Shown one piece after another: positions 21,724 to 31,400 of a DNA stretch of 49,590 bases; the stretch's first letter is position 1, and every line of letters begins with the position of its first letter. The stretch is from a virus. A program made the translations under genes and the position numbers. The DNA lies in the IMG/VR virus record IMGVR_UViG_3300009365_000061; one strand, written 5' to 3'. The notes beneath the pieces were generated by a model, which was not told the origin of the DNA, made no database searches, and saw nothing but the letters and a program-made list of their open reading frames with translations.

Positions 21724-22104
21724 GTGGCCACTCTTACCACGACCACCACTTCCACCGACCGGAGGTTCCTCCTGTCGGACAACTTTGTATCCATCCAGGG
21801 GGTGATTGATAGCACGGTGACGGATGCAGCCCACACCGGCTACACTCACATCCTGCGAGGGGGTCTCGCATTGACCCGGAACACCACGGATGGCATCTGG
21901 TATGCCACGGCTGCCGGGGATACCTATGATGGCGTTCTTTACGCCGATGTGGACCTGAAGGATGGCGACACCGCCAACGATGCCTCCGACCATACCGGGA
22001 GCATCATCATCGCGGGTGCCTTCGATGGCGAACAGTTGCTCGGTGTGGATGAAGATGCCAGCCCGAACAACCGCCTCATGGTCCTGCCCACGGCTACCGG
22101 TTAA
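21724..22104 (+). CDS. head decoration protein (lambda gpD-like, putative)
   Basis: GTG start after AAGGAGGG, directly upstream of the gpE-like capsid gene. GVLYADVDL...GSIIIAGAFDGEQLL resembles the gpD-family C-terminal pattern. N-terminus is Thr-rich (MATLTTTTTST). Confidence 0.45.
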   Translation: MATLTTTTTSTDRRFLLSDNFVSIQGVIDSTVTDAAHTGYTHILRGGLALTRNTTDGIWYATAAGDTYDGVLYADVDLKDGDTANDASDHTGSIIIAGAFDGEQLLGVDEDASPNNRLMVLPTATG

Positions 22105-22117
22105 AGGAGGGTAGAGA

Positions 22118-23134
22118 ATGGTCCATCAGGTTCTCAGGCATCAGGTCATGACCGAACTCGTTCGCAAGTTCGAGGTCGACTATGCCCTGGGTCAGAACTA
22201 CTTCCGTGGAGGTGTCCCCACCCCCACGAACGAGTACACCTTCGATATTCAGGAGATGAGTCGGGACCTTGCGAAGTTCAGGGACCCGAACGCCGAGGCG
22301 GGAATGGTCCCCTTGATGACCCGCAAGAAAACCTCGGTTCAGCTTCCGACTATCAGGGAGAAGAAGATTGTCAAGGGCACGACCATGAACTGGCTTCGTC
22401 GTCCTGGCACCGAGCATCAGCAGTATGGAGCGCAGCTTCTTGCTGATGAACTTTCCGAACTCAACCAGCGGCTCGAACAGCGCAAGGAGTGGTGGCGTTG
22501 GCAGCTTCTCACGGGCGGCGATGCCAGCGGCTACTACAACATCTCTTGGGATGATGAAGCGGGGGTCACCGTCACCGGTACCTACGACTTCGGATTCGAC
22601 AAGACCGGCCACTTCTACACGGTGGTCTCGGGGCAGGACTGGTCGACCACTTCGGTCACCAACATCGCCTCGGACATCATCACCGGAAAGAAGAAGATTG
22701 CTCAGGACACCGGGCGTATGCCCACCCGGGCAGTCACCACCGAGACTGTGTCGAAGTATATGATTCAGAATACTTCGGTCCAGGCTCTCCTCGGGGATTC
22801 CCTCAAGGACCAGATTGCTCTGAGCGGCTACATCAAGCGGTTCATGGGCATCGACATCTCGGTCTACGAGGCGGGTTATGTTGCCGATGGCACCACAACC
22901 TGGAGTCCCTTCATCACGGACGACTACTTCATCATGCTCGGGCCTGACCCGGTCGGCGATGAAGTGGACGCTCCTCCGGTGGACCCCCGCGCTGGCGGGT
23001 CTGTTGGCAAGTTCTCCAAGTCCTGGGTCCAGGAGGACCCTGCCGGAACCTGGATTCTTGTCGAGCAGACTTGGCTGGCAGGTCTCACCAAGCCGGACAA
23101 TATCTACATCATTGATACGGTCTCGGCGACCTAG
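22118..23134 (+). CDS. major capsid protein (lambda gpE-like)
   Basis: 338 aa with AAGGAGGG RBS. Pattern of PTNEYTFDIQ..., RLEQRKEWWRWQLLTGG, ISVYEAGY and a WVQEDPAG...L tail fits the Phage_cap_E family. Position is consistent. Confidence 0.75.
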   Translation: MVHQVLRHQVMTELVRKFEVDYALGQNYFRGGVPTPTNEYTFDIQEMSRDLAKFRDPNAEAGMVPLMTRKKTSVQLPTIREKKIVKGTTMNWLRRPGTEHQQYGAQLLADELSELNQRLEQRKEWWRWQLLTGGDASGYYNISWDDEAGVTVTGTYDFGFDKTGHFYTVVSGQDWSTTSVTNIASDIITGKKKIAQDTGRMPTRAVTTETVSKYMIQNTSVQALLGDSLKDQIALSGYIKRFMGIDISVYEAGYVADGTTTWSPFITDDYFIMLGPDPVGDEVDAPPVDPRAGGSVGKFSKSWVQEDPAGTWILVEQTWLAGLTKPDNIYIIDTVSAT

Positions 23135-23145
23135 TTCACTGGCTC

Positions 23146-23167
23146 GGGGGGGAGCCGTAATCCCCCC
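23146..23167 (+). terminator. hairpin after capsid gene (partial terminator/RNA stabiliser)
   Basis: GGGGGGA gccgtaa TCCCCCC, 11 nt after the capsid stop. No T-run. Confidence 0.3.
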
Positions 23168-23197
23168 ATCACTTTAACCTTTGGAGAGGTTTAGGGG

Positions 23198-24529
23198 ATG
23201 GACGAGAACAAGAAACCTGAAGTGGTAATTGAAGTGGCACCTCCGAAGAAGCGTATCCTGATGTGGTGTGATGGCCCTATGGTCACCACCGGGTTCGGAA
23301 CGGTTGCTCGGAATGTAGCCAAAGCCCTCCATGACACCGGTCGCTATGAGGTTCATTTCGTGGCGGTCAACTTCTGGGGGGAACCTTTCGACCCGAACGA
23401 GTTCCCGTATGTGGTCATGCCCGCTGCCATCGAAAGGCGCGAGGCACTCAAGACCCAGGTCGGGGACCCATTCGGTGGATTCAATTTCGCCAACGCCTAT
23501 TGGAATGGCGAATTCGATGCCGTCTGGGTCATGAACGACATCAACATCCTGGCCCAGAGGGCGCAGATTTTCGAACAGGGTCCCCAGGGGCAGAAGAAGC
23601 AGCCGAAGTGTCCGGTCGTCTACTATTTCCCCATCGACTCCATCTGGCTCGACAAGCAGATGCTCGCGGGGTTCGAGAAGGCCGACTATCCGGTCAGCTA
23701 CAACGAATACGCCAAGAACCTCATCGCGGGAGTGGACCCTGCCCTCGCCGAGAAGATGAAGGTCATCAACCACGGCTCCGACATCGACACCTTCCACCGC
23801 ATCCCGGACCAGGGAGAGGTGATGGATTTCCGCAGGAACACTCTCGGTGTCGATGACGGGACCATCCTGTTTATCCAGGTGGCGAGGAACCAGTTCAGGA
23901 AATCGAACGGGGACCTCATCCTGGCCTTCGCCGACTTCAAGAAGAAGAATCCCACGAAGAAGGCGAAACTCTATATGCACATGAACCCGCAGGACCAGGG
24001 ACCCATGCTCTTTGGAGCGGTCATGTCTGCGGGGCTGAAACTTGGAGAGGATGTTGTGTTCCCCTCCAACCATTCTCCCGGTCGGGCGGTTCCCCGGGAA
24101 CTGCTCAACATGATTTACAACGCGGCTGATGTCTTCGTCACGCCGACTCTCGGAGAAGGATGGGGTCTGCCCATCACCGAGGCCATGGCTGCCGAGACCC
24201 CGGTTATCGCTCCGGACAACACCGCGATTTCAGAGATTCTCAACGCTGGCGACGAGGATGGGCTGCGAGGGTGGCCGGTGCCCTGTGGAGATTGGCCGAT
24301 GGGCCTTGTCCACATCGACGGCACCGGGTTCCGCCCTCGCGTGGACATCGAGGCCATGAGTGCCTTGATGGATGAGGTAGGGACCATGGCTCTCGAACGC
24401 AGGGCCACGGGAGAGGTTCCAGAAGGTCTCCGGCCCAGACTCGAACGGGCCTTGGAGTATGCGAGGGAGATTTCCTGGAAAAACATCGGAGACCAGTGGG
24501 TCTCCCTAATCGACGAGGTGGTGAAATGA
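23198..24529 (+). CDS. glycosyltransferase, GT-B fold (GT4/group-1)
   Basis: N-terminal RILMWCDGPMVTTGFGTVARNVAKAL and C-terminal FVTPTLGEGWGLPITEAMAAETPVIAPDNTAISEIL (canonical EX7E region). Located between the capsid and connector genes. Confidence 0.75.
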   Translation: MDENKKPEVVIEVAPPKKRILMWCDGPMVTTGFGTVARNVAKALHDTGRYEVHFVAVNFWGEPFDPNEFPYVVMPAAIERREALKTQVGDPFGGFNFANAYWNGEFDAVWVMNDINILAQRAQIFEQGPQGQKKQPKCPVVYYFPIDSIWLDKQMLAGFEKADYPVSYNEYAKNLIAGVDPALAEKMKVINHGSDIDTFHRIPDQGEVMDFRRNTLGVDDGTILFIQVARNQFRKSNGDLILAFADFKKKNPTKKAKLYMHMNPQDQGPMLFGAVMSAGLKLGEDVVFPSNHSPGRAVPRELLNMIYNAADVFVTPTLGEGWGLPITEAMAAETPVIAPDNTAISEILNAGDEDGLRGWPVPCGDWPMGLVHIDGTGFRPRVDIEAMSALMDEVGTMALERRATGEVPEGLRPRLERALEYAREISWKNIGDQWVSLIDEVVK

Positions 24530-24942
24530 GAAAGCTGCTGACAGCATTTCTCCTTCTCCTGATGCCGATGCTGGCCTTCGGGCTTGGCATCCGTCTCGGT
24601 GACATCGGACAGGGTGAGGCCCCGGGTCTCCATCTGTTCAGTGACATTCCGATGATGGAGAAGGATATGCAGGTCGCCTTCGGGTTCGCGTCCCTGAGCG
24701 ACGAGAACCAATACTTGCCTGTCTGGGATTTGACAGCGAAAACCGATGGAGGCTTCTTCGGTCGATTCGGGACCGACATGGAATGGCACCCACGCTACGG
24801 ATTTGGGCTTGCATACCCAATCACCGATGCGGTGGGTGTCGAGGCCTTCTATGGATTTGGATTTGACAAGCATGAAGACGAACTCGAATACGCCGAATCT
24901 CGGCCCGGGTCTCTCTTCTTGAATGTCTGGGCAGAGTTCTAA
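24526..24942 (+). CDS. secreted beta-barrel-like (outer-membrane-protein-like) protein
   Basis: ATGA-coupled to the GT4 gene. Signal peptide MRKLLTAFLLLLMPMLAFG. Alternating hydrophobic strands (VAFGFASL, YGFGLAY, VEAFYGFGF). C-terminal LNVWAEF ends in Phe, like an OMP beta-signal. Confidence 0.55.
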   Translation: MRKLLTAFLLLLMPMLAFGLGIRLGDIGQGEAPGLHLFSDIPMMEKDMQVAFGFASLSDENQYLPVWDLTAKTDGGFFGRFGTDMEWHPRYGFGLAYPITDAVGVEAFYGFGFDKHEDELEYAESRPGSLFLNVWAEF

Positions 24943-24950
24943 GGAGGGTC

Positions 24951-25418
24951 ATGTCCTACTATTGCACCGTGTCTGGGGTTCGTGAACGGGTCGAGGGTCT
25001 GACTTCCGATGTGATGGCAGATGCCACCGTCTCCGGGAACATCGTGCGCGGCTCCGCGGAGATAGACACATGGTTCAGGCCGACCTATCAGGTTCCTTTC
25101 GACGCGGTGGACTCGATAGTAGAGTATGTGACCGAGGCTCTTGCCGGAGCCTACTGCCTGGAGGCTTACACCGGGGGGTATCTCGGCAACACCAACGACC
25201 TTGCCAAGACCCTCCGGTCATGGGCCTACGAACAGATGGATTTCCTGGTGGACAACCCGGAGAGGTTGACCGCTGCGAACCACCCCCTGACCTCCGGGAC
25301 CGACCCGGATGGCAGGAACAGAATCAAATACTGGCTCCCTCAGAGTGAACCTATCATCAATCTGACGGAGTCGGAGGTCGAATGGCGTTTCAAGTCCTCG
25401 TTCGTACAGTCGGACTGA
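24951..25418 (+). CDS. head-tail connector (Mu gp36/DUF1320-like, putative)
   Basis: AAGGAGGG RBS. N-terminal YCTVSGVRERV...ATVSGNIVRGSAEIDTWFRPTYQVPF fits the DUF1320 pattern. Position is consistent. Confidence 0.5.
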   Translation: MSYYCTVSGVRERVEGLTSDVMADATVSGNIVRGSAEIDTWFRPTYQVPFDAVDSIVEYVTEALAGAYCLEAYTGGYLGNTNDLAKTLRSWAYEQMDFLVDNPERLTAANHPLTSGTDPDGRNRIKYWLPQSEPIINLTESEVEWRFKSSFVQSD

Positions 25419-25855
25419 AGCAACTCATCGGGACTACCGAGGGCCGCTCCAAGAGGGCGAAGAATTTCAGGCCCGTCATGAAATGGGCTGCCCGGGAAAC
25501 GCAGAAGCAGACGACCAGGGTTTTCAGGGCTGAGGGTGCCGCTGCCGGTGGAAGGAAGTGGCCGGAGCTATCCTACGCGACCATGAAAATCAAGGCTGAC
25601 AGGTATCCTGGCCAGCCGATGTTGGAGAGGACCGGAAAACTGAAGAACTCCCTCCGAAGAGGAGGGGGTGGCCATGTCCGGGTTGTCGGCAAGAAGGGCC
25701 TCAAGTTTGGAACGACAGTTCGATACGCGAGGGACCTCCAGGAGGGTGACGGGAGGATGCCTCCCCGCCCATTTCTCTTCATTGGGGACCGTTTGAAGGA
25801 GAGGGTAACGGCGGCAGTCCGTGAGTATATCATGACCGGGAAGGTGCCGAGGTAA
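25382..25855 (+). CDS. virion morphogenesis/tail completion protein (Mu gpG-like)
   Basis: WPELSYATMKIK...PMLERTGKLKNSL...YARDLQEGDGRMPPRPFLF matches the Phage_tail_S (Mu G) pattern. Confidence 0.6.
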   Translation: MAFQVLVRTVGLKQLIGTTEGRSKRAKNFRPVMKWAARETQKQTTRVFRAEGAAAGGRKWPELSYATMKIKADRYPGQPMLERTGKLKNSLRRGGGGHVRVVGKKGLKFGTTVRYARDLQEGDGRMPPRPFLFIGDRLKERVTAAVREYIMTGKVPR

Positions 25856-26331
25856 TGGCTTTTGCGAGAGGTTCGTATCCAGATAGTCGGGAATGGCAAC
25901 TGCTGAATGCCATGAAGACTGTCCTCGAAGCCGACAGAGACATCGACGCAATCGTAAGGAGCGTCGAGGTTACAGCCCCGACATTCGCCCATGTGTATCC
26001 GCGCATCACCGTCTCGATGGCTTCCGAGGGTCCCGGACCCAACTACGGAGGCCCCGGTGGGTGGGTCAACAACGATATGAGGGTTCGGATTTCAGTGGCC
26101 AATTCACACATGAAGATGGCTGTCTGTATGAAGGACCTCTACTGGATTGTCGATACAATCAAGAGCGTGGTGAGGACCAACCGCGATTGGGACGATGGCT
26201 CTCCGAATGCGGAGACCTCCATGGTCGAATCAGTGGAATACATGGACCTCTCCGCTGCTGAAGAAGCTGAGAATTTCGAGGTCTGGGCCGATGTGATTGT
26301 GTTGGTCAAGATTCTCGAAGTCGACTCGTAA
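25855..26331 (+). CDS. neck/tail terminator-like protein (putative)
   Basis: TAATG overlap with the upstream gene. 158 aa. Size and position fit, with a loose DUF3168-like pattern. Confidence 0.35.
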   Translation: MAFARGSYPDSREWQLLNAMKTVLEADRDIDAIVRSVEVTAPTFAHVYPRITVSMASEGPGPNYGGPGGWVNNDMRVRISVANSHMKMAVCMKDLYWIVDTIKSVVRTNRDWDDGSPNAETSMVESVEYMDLSAAEEAENFEVWADVIVLVKILEVDS

Positions 26332-26342
26332 GGGAGGGTCAG

Positions 26343-26558
26343 ATGCCTTGGTATCGCTATAAGGGCAAAACGACCAAAGCCTTCAAACACGCGGGGGTGA
26401 GATACCAGGTATCTCCCGGTCAATCCGTGAACATCGACCCGCCCATTGATTCTCCGGAACTGGAGCTTGCTGATGGGGAACCTGTCGAGGCCATGGTAGA
26501 GCCGGTGGAAGAGGACCTCATCGTCGTGGAATCTCCTACTGAAGAGGAGGATGAGTAA
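26343..26558 (+). CDS. hypothetical protein (71 aa, acidic C-terminus)
   Basis: GGGAGGG RBS. The stop overlaps the next ATG. Confidence 0.65.
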   Translation: MPWYRYKGKTTKAFKHAGVRYQVSPGQSVNIDPPIDSPELELADGEPVEAMVEPVEEDLIVVESPTEEEDE

Positions 26559-27553
26559 TGTCTGTTGCTGTTCTGAAAGGAACCTTCGGGTTTGGCCTCC
26601 AGGCGGTCTCTTCGACTGCCGCGGCCAGCGTCGATGATTCCTACCCGGTCTCCTCCATCAACCTCGCCCCGAACCCTGTGTGGGCATGGTGGGAGGGTCC
26701 CGGCTCCATTGATGTCGAATATGGTGTCCGCCTCGGCGAGGACTCCGACTACTCCATCGAGGGTTGGATGTTCCCGCAGAGTTTCGGATACATCCTTTCC
26801 AACGGCTACGGGGGCCTCGTAGAGTCCTCCGGGAGCCATACCTGGACCGGTGCCACCTGGACCGCCTCCAACACGATGCTCCAGCCCTGGACCATCATCG
26901 GTGACTTCAACAACGAGGGCACCGCGGTCATGTTGAAGCTGGTCGGCTGTGTGGGCAACTCCCTCACGGTCAACTGGAACAACCGCGATGTAACCTCCTT
27001 CTCCTTGGAGGGCATGGCGCGGTCGGTGGTCGATGGCTCCAGCCACGCAGGGATGATGCCGGTCACCGGGACCGACTACAGGCCCTTCGTCTTCAACGAT
27101 TGGGACTGGAAAATCGGTTTCAATGCCGCTCCGACAGTCACCATCTATCCGAAGGAAGCATCCTGGTCGGTGGACAATGGCCTCCAGAGGTATTTCGACA
27201 TGGGGACCGACGTGGCCTCGGCCACCAACCTGACCTTCGGCAAGAGGCAGCACACCATGAACCTCACGGTGGCCCTCGATGACACCACTCGGGCCTTCTG
27301 GGAAGAGGTGTGGCAGAGCGGTACCGATGCGTATTTCGGTATCTACGCCACGGCTTCCAAGACGGCTGATGCCCAGGCAACCTTCTCGGGAACCAAGTTC
27401 GCCATTACGAACTCCATGTTCCAGGAGATTGCCGGGTCTGCCGACCGAATGGAGTTGTCCGTTGAGGGTATGGCCTACGACCCTCTGGTTGTTTGGACCC
27501 TGGAGGACCTCGTCAACAATGGTGTCTTTGGGGATGGGGGCCAGGGCGATTAA
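26558..27553 (+). CDS. major tail (tube) protein (putative)
   Basis: 331 aa, immediately upstream of the G/GT chaperone pair and the tape measure. No sheath gene is present. Assignment by synteny only. Confidence 0.5.
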   Translation: MSVAVLKGTFGFGLQAVSSTAAASVDDSYPVSSINLAPNPVWAWWEGPGSIDVEYGVRLGEDSDYSIEGWMFPQSFGYILSNGYGGLVESSGSHTWTGATWTASNTMLQPWTIIGDFNNEGTAVMLKLVGCVGNSLTVNWNNRDVTSFSLEGMARSVVDGSSHAGMMPVTGTDYRPFVFNDWDWKIGFNAAPTVTIYPKEASWSVDNGLQRYFDMGTDVASATNLTFGKRQHTMNLTVALDDTTRAFWEEVWQSGTDAYFGIYATASKTADAQATFSGTKFAITNSMFQEIAGSADRMELSVEGMAYDPLVVWTLEDLVNNGVFGDGGQGD

Positions 27554-27680
27554 CCCATCTGGTCGGGCGGGGCCGTCCTCTCCGTTGTGTGGTCCCCGCG
27601 GCCCTGTTCCGACCTTTCCCTCTTGCCTTTCGTGGGCAAGGGGGATACTGTTGCAATAACCCAAACCTTTAGGAGAGGAC

Positions 27681-28091
27681 ATGGGATTCAAGCTGTATCG
27701 AAATGAGGAGCGACCGAAGGAAGCCCTGATTCCGGTGGTGGTTCCCTACCATGCGGAGACACTCCTTCCTGTCGAGGACGAGGCGGGGATGGAAGAGGGC
27801 ACCCCCTTGGTGGTGTTCTTCTGTCGCCCCCCAACCACGGCAGACATGGACATTCTGACCTCCGAAGACGGCGAGGCCTCCGAAAGGCTCAAGGTCCTTT
27901 CCGAGGCCCTGGTGGTCGAGGTGGAGGGCCTGGAGGATGCCCAGGGGGCACCCGTGACCAAGCTCACCTCCGACATCATCGACATGATGCCCCTCTGGAT
28001 GACAACGGCTCTTGTCCAGGGGATTACGAAGGCTACCGGCCTGACCAAGGGGGAAGAAAATTTCTCCGAGCCGCCATCCGTTACGAGTTAG
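27681..28091 (+). CDS. tail assembly chaperone (gpG-like)
   Basis: AGGAGAGG RBS. 136 aa, acidic. Directly precedes the tape measure. Contains a slippery heptamer near its 3' end. Confidence 0.75.
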   Translation: MGFKLYRNEERPKEALIPVVVPYHAETLLPVEDEAGMEEGTPLVVFFCRPPTTADMDILTSEDGEASERLKVLSEALVVEVEGLEDAQGAPVTKLTSDIIDMMPLWMTTALVQGITKATGLTKGEENFSEPPSVTS

Positions 28092-28429
28092 ACGGGGGTA
28101 GTAGTAAGGCACCGGGGGTCCCGGACTGTCGGACCTGCTCCTGCAACGATAGGGAGCGACTGTCATGCCCGGGGAATCGAACTCTCATCGCCCTATTCGG
28201 TGTCGATGTGAAGGCGATTCCCGGTTGGGCGTGGAGGTCGCTCTCTCTTTATTTTAGGACGAGGGCGTGGAATCGGCTCCCCAGGGGTGGCGGCTTGCAG
28301 GACCAAGACGAGAAAACCATGCGGGTTCTGGACACCCTCCATGGGGAGAGCATGGTGTGGCGGAAAGAACAGGAAGAACAGGCCAGGAAGATGAACGAAT
28401 TGAAGGGTCGCAGGAAAGGTAGGTTCTGA
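27681..28429 (+). CDS. tail assembly chaperone GT fusion via -1 frameshift: join(27681..28064,28064..28429)
   Basis: After the slip the reading continues KFLRAAIRYELDGG...RKMNELKGRRKGRF* and ends 1 nt into the tape-measure ATG. This is the conserved G/GT arrangement of long-tailed phages. Confidence 0.55.
28058..28064 (+). promoter_or_regulatory. -1 programmed ribosomal frameshift slippery site A_AAT_TTC
   Basis: Zero-frame codons are gaa aat ttc (28056-28064). The -1 frame is open from here to the TGA at 28427-28429, as checked by hand translation. Confidence 0.55.
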
Positions 28430-31400
28430 TGCCTGGACCGATGGGCATGGGCAACAACATGGTGATTCAGTTTGGGTCGGTGGGTGCCGGTGTCCTTTCG
28501 GGGGACATCGACAAGGTATCTTCCAGCCTGAAGAGGCTCGGGGCTACCATGGCGGCTGTCACCGCTGCCACGGTGGGCTTCGGCACCGCCTTCGAGCAGG
28601 GGATGGCCAATGTCCAGTCGGTTGCGAGAGCATCGGCGGGGGACCTGAACCTCCTGGAGAAGACGGCGCGAAATCTGGCGCGAACCACGGTCAGGGACGC
28701 GACCCGGGCCACCTCGGCCATGTATACCTTGGCCTCTGCCGGTCTGTCCGTGAAGGAAATCATGGAGACCACGGCACCGGTCATCTACCTCTCCGGTGCA
28801 ACCCTCCACAACCTCCGCGATTCTGCGGAAATGGTGGTTGGAACCCTGAAGCAGTTCGGATTGGCCACAGACCAATCCTGGAGGGTGGCCAATGTCTTCG
28901 CGGCCTCGATTCAGAACTCGCTCCTGAACATGGAGCGTCTCGGAGATGCGATGAAGTATGTCGGGCCGATTGCTCGGTCCGTGAACCTGAGGATTGAAGA
29001 GACCACGGCTGCCCTCATGGGCCTCCATGATGCTGGCCTCCTCGGCTCCATCTCCGGAACCGGCCTCCGACAGATGTTCCTCCGGCTGGCCAAGCCCACT
29101 GAAGACATCTCCCGAATGCTCGGCGGTGTGTCCCTTTCGGCCAATGGCCTCTCGGCGGTCCTCGACCAGTTGAATGCCTCCCAGATGACCACGGCAGACC
29201 TCTTCAAGCTGTTCAATGTTCGAGCCGTCAACGCGATGATGATTCTTCGCCGCCTGGGGAGTGAGGGCCTTGCCGAATACCTGAGCAAAATCACCGACAC
29301 GAACTCGGCCATGGAGATGTTCAACATCCAGATGAACACCATGAAGTCGCAGTTCATCATCTTCTGGAACAAGATGAAGGACATCGGGATTGAAGTCTTC
29401 CAGAGGATGCAACCCCTCCTGTCCCACACCCTCTCCTTCATGACTCAGATTGTCGACAAGGTGGGCGATTGGCTCCGGGCCGGGTCCTCTTCAGAGGCCG
29501 AGAAATGGGTCGAGTACATGAGGGCCATGAATGTCGAGGGTGAGGAGTATGTTGGCCTCCTGGAGGATTACAACCGTCTGGCCACCTTCGAGCAACTTGC
29601 TCACCAGATGGACAATGCCGCCGACAAGATGAACCTCTTTGATAGTTATACAGGCCATTCGGTTGATGTCACGAAGCAGCTTCGAGATGCCCTGGAGGGG
29701 GCACAGCAGGAAGCAGAGGCCTTGGAGAGTGAGGCGAGGGCAATAAGCTCCCTTCCTCCGGCAGAGGAATACTATGGACTGCTGCCCCAGGATGAGATTC
29801 GGAAGATTCAGAAATGGCGGCAGGAGGTGGATGATGGGACAACCTCCGCGGAATCCTTTGGTCGGGCGAGTAAGGAGGTCGCCCTCATCCAGGAATACCT
29901 GGACAAAAACATTGAGAGCGTGAATAGGGGCCTGGGGGCCTCTGAAGAGGTTGTCAGGGCCTACGCCAGGGCACATAACATGGGGATGGAGGAGGCCCGA
30001 AAGGCCCTTGAGCAGTATTCGATGGAGTTCAGTCATTGGAAGACGGCCCTAGTCACTATCACCACCGGGCAGGTAATTCCGATTATCGAAGAGGCCACCG
30101 AAAGGACCGAGGCGGCATTCAAGTTCGAAACCGCCCAAGAGAATCTTGAGAGATTGCAGAGTGCCTTCGCCGAACTCGCGGTCATGGCCAAGGCCGGAGA
30201 CACTACATCGGTGGTGGACATCGGCACCGGTTCCCTGGACCTCCTCTCCACGATGATTAACCAGATGGTTCGGGCGCGGCAGATTGTCGTGGACTTTGGC
30301 GACGACCTTTCGGGGGCCTTCGCCTCTCCCGAGGGGTTGGAGAGGGTGCAGACCCTCTTTGCTGAACTTGGCTTTGACATCCCCTTGGTGGCCGAAGAGG
30401 GTGATGTGGCCGCTCGCGCCCTTCGGGATGGCTCGATGAGGGCCTCCCAGGTTCTCGAAGGACTCCGGTCCCAATACACCTTCCTGTTCAACTTCATCAA
30501 GGACGAGGCTCCCGAGGTATGGAATGCCATGAGCAAGGCGCAGCAGGAGGTCCTGGAGGGTTGGATTAAGGGTGACCGTGCAGGGGCAAAAAAGGCCAAG
30601 GCCGCGAATGCCGACCTCCTGGCCGACTACCAGAAGATTCTTTCCAACACCAACGATGCCATCCTGGCCATCGAGAAGATGAGGGACCAGTATCGCGTGG
30701 GGGCCATGCAAGCCACCGATTGGGGTGACAAGGGTGGACAAGCCCTCAAGACCCTGATGAGTGCAGCCCTGGAGGGGACTGTTACCTTCGACCAGTTGAA
30801 GGTGAAGCTCGACGAATTGGCCAAGAGGGACCCCTCCCTCCAGGCCCTCCTGCCCTCTGCCGAGGACCTGAGGGAGTGGTACGATGGGACCATCCCGGTG
30901 GTCGGTGAGTTCAAGGAGATGACGCTCCAGGAGATGGAGGACCTCGCATCGGGCCTCCAGGAAGCCCTTGCCAAGACCGACCCCGCAGACCGGGAGGCCC
31001 TCCTGGGCCACTGGCAGGACTATTGGACCGCGGTCGGCATCGGTGGCGAGGATGCCATGAAGCTGGTGGCCGATGGCATGGAGGGCATCGAAGGGTCCAC
31101 GGCCACCTCGGGCCAGAGCGTGAAGGCTCTGATTCAGGCGGTGAAGGGGTTCAGGGACATTGCCACGGCCTTCGATTGGGGTTCGGTTTTCGAGCCAGAA
31201 GAATTCCAATCTCATGTTGCTGACATGAGAGGTGCCCTGGCCTCTGCCGCCTTCGATGCCCAGTCCCAGATGGCAGTCATGAAGGGTGCCCTTGTCGATG
31301 CTGACGAGGGTGTGAAACAGGCCACCCTGTCCCTCTTGGTCATGATGCAGACCCTTGCCGGAGGCCCGGTGGCGGTCGAAGACTTCATCGAAGCCCTCGA

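Noticed and set aside
20176-21993. 605-aa - strand ORF.
   Set aside because: It is antisense to the protease/scaffold and decoration genes. It has a low-complexity G/L/P/V-rich translation and no RBS. This is the typical shadow ORF of GC-rich coding DNA.
23146-23167. Hairpin after the capsid gene as a full terminator.
   Set aside because: It has no T-run, and the downstream genes lack their own promoter. I kept it only as a low-confidence partial terminator or RNA-stability element.
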